This document shows positions 62,901 through 64,000 of a stretch of DNA of 64,000 nucleotides, in pieces. The notes beneath the pieces were generated by a model. The model was not told the DNA's origin, made no database searches, and saw only the letters and a list, made by a program, of their open reading frames with translations. The DNA is from an uncultured delta proteobacterium (GTDB lineage: Bacteria > Desulfobacterota > Binatia > UBA9968): assembly GCA_963745035.1 (NCBI GenBank), contig CAVUVW010000020.1:64001-128000 (forward strand). The letters run 5' to 3'. A program made the position numbers and the translations under genes. Positions within the stretch are counted from its first letter, which is position 1. Every line of letters begins with the position of its first letter.

Positions 62901-64000
62901 TCAGGCCGACTGATCGGCGATGCGCAATTTCTGCAACCGCTCGGGGCGCGACTGCGAGCGCTCCAACGAACCCCGCGCCTCGACCGGGCGGAAGGTTGGC
63001 ACCAGCTTGTCGAGCAGCTCGATCACCGCCCGCGCCTCCCCTTCGCTTGCCAGCTTCTCCAAGCGGCCGATGGCTTGCTGGAGCGGTCCCAATTCGGGTA
63101 TCCAGCCGGACTGCACGCGCTGAATTTTTTCCACACCCGACGCGACCAGCGCCTCGTCCATGGCCACCAGCTCCTCACGCAGTTTTTCGCCGGGGCGCAG
63201 CCCGATCACGCGAATCGCGATATCGACGTCTGGAATGCATCCGGATATGCGGATCAGATGGCGCGCCATTTCCAGCAATTTGATCTGCTCGCCCATTTCC
63301 AGGACGAAAATTTCCCCGCCCCGGGCGATGGTCGCGGCCTGCAACACTAGCAGCACCGCTTCGGGGATGGTCATGAAATAGCGGGTGATCTCCGGGTGGG
63401 TGAGGGTGACCGGACCGCCGTGCTCGATCTGTTTGAGAAACAGCGGCACCACGCTGCCGTTGCTGCCGAGCACGTTGCCGAAGCGCACCGCGGAAAAGAT
63501 CGTCTCGCCGCGCTGCCCGTCCTGCGACAGCGCCTGGATGCACATCTCATTTACGCGCTTGGTGGCGCCCATGATGTTGGTCGGATTGACCGCCTTGTCG
63601 GTGGAAATCAGCACGAAGCGCTGCACCTGGTGCTCCATCGCGATTTGCATCAGCCGGTGCGCGCCGACGACGTTGTTGAGCACCGCCTGGGTCGGGTGAT
63701 GCTCCATCATCGGAACGTGTTTGTACGCGGCGGCGTGAAACACGATTTCAGGCGCCTCCTGTTGGAACACCTGTTGAATCGAGCGCTCATTTTTAATGTC
63801 GGCAAGAACCGCCACGCGGCTTCCTTCGGGGTGCGAGTGTTCCAGCTCCATCTCGATGTCGTAGAGCGCGCTTTCGCTTTGATCGAGCAGCACCAGCCGC
63901 GCCGGCTCGTAAGCGGCGATTTGCCGGCTGAGCTCGGAACCGATCGAGCCGCCCGCTCCGGTGATCAGAATGCGCCTGCCCTGCAACAGACTTTGCATCG
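62901..64000 (-). CDS. CapD/PglF-like UDP-sugar 4,6-dehydratase, 5'-truncated by window edge
   Basis: [59 protein letters not shown]. Confidence 0.92.
   Translation of the reverse strand, partial: MQSLLQGRRILITGAGGSIGSELSRQIAAYEPARLVLLDQSESALYDIEMELEHSHPEGSRVAVLADIKNERSIQQVFQQEAPEIVFHAAAYKHVPMMEHHPTQAVLNNVVGAHRLMQIAMEHQVQRFVLISTDKAVNPTNIMGATKRVNEMCIQALSQDGQRGETIFSAVRFGNVLGSNGSVVPLFLKQIEHGGPVTLTHPEITRYFMTIPEAVLLVLQAATIARGGEIFVLEMGEQIKLLEMARHLIRISGCIPDVDIAIRVIGLRPGEKLREELVAMDEALVASGVEKIQRVQSGWIPELGPLQQAIGRLEKLASEGEARAVIELLDKLVPTFRPVEARGSLERSQSRPERLQKLRIADQSA

Overview
High-GC, Gram-negative, deltaproteobacteria-like DNA (Binatia/Myxococcota-like gene style; this is an impression, not a database result). 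Almost the whole window is a general-stress/stationary-phase/desiccation gene island: CsbD, BON x2, YihY x2, hemerythrin, a ferritin-like pair, GlsB, ElaB-like/holin-like/DUF3618, YtxH, SRPBCC, CBS, Ku-LigD, topoisomerase IB, glycogen debranching enzyme, GT4, a sucAB copy, an orphan cheB-cheR-cheB module, several histidine kinases and two NtrC-type regulators. Polysaccharide-synthesis genes flank it at both ends. The main signal is 26 sigma54 (-24/-12, GG-N10-GC, mostly TGGCAT-N5-TTGC) promoter motifs, 24 of them correctly oriented in front of island genes. This suggests a general stress regulon run by sigma54 instead of SigB/EcfG/RpoS. Linked observations: several near-leaderless transcripts, two orphan promoters (candidate sRNAs), a candidate enhancer motif, and one apparently active and one GAFTGA-degenerate enhancer-binding protein. 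Also seen: three paralogs of an unrecognised ~100-aa family, several unannotated small ORFs, decayed gene remnants (one folded into a 165-nt hairpin), modular REP/MITE-like repeats, and single-base frameshifts that may be long-read errors. No rRNA, tRNA, CRISPR array or transposase was recognised. All motif calls are by eye.
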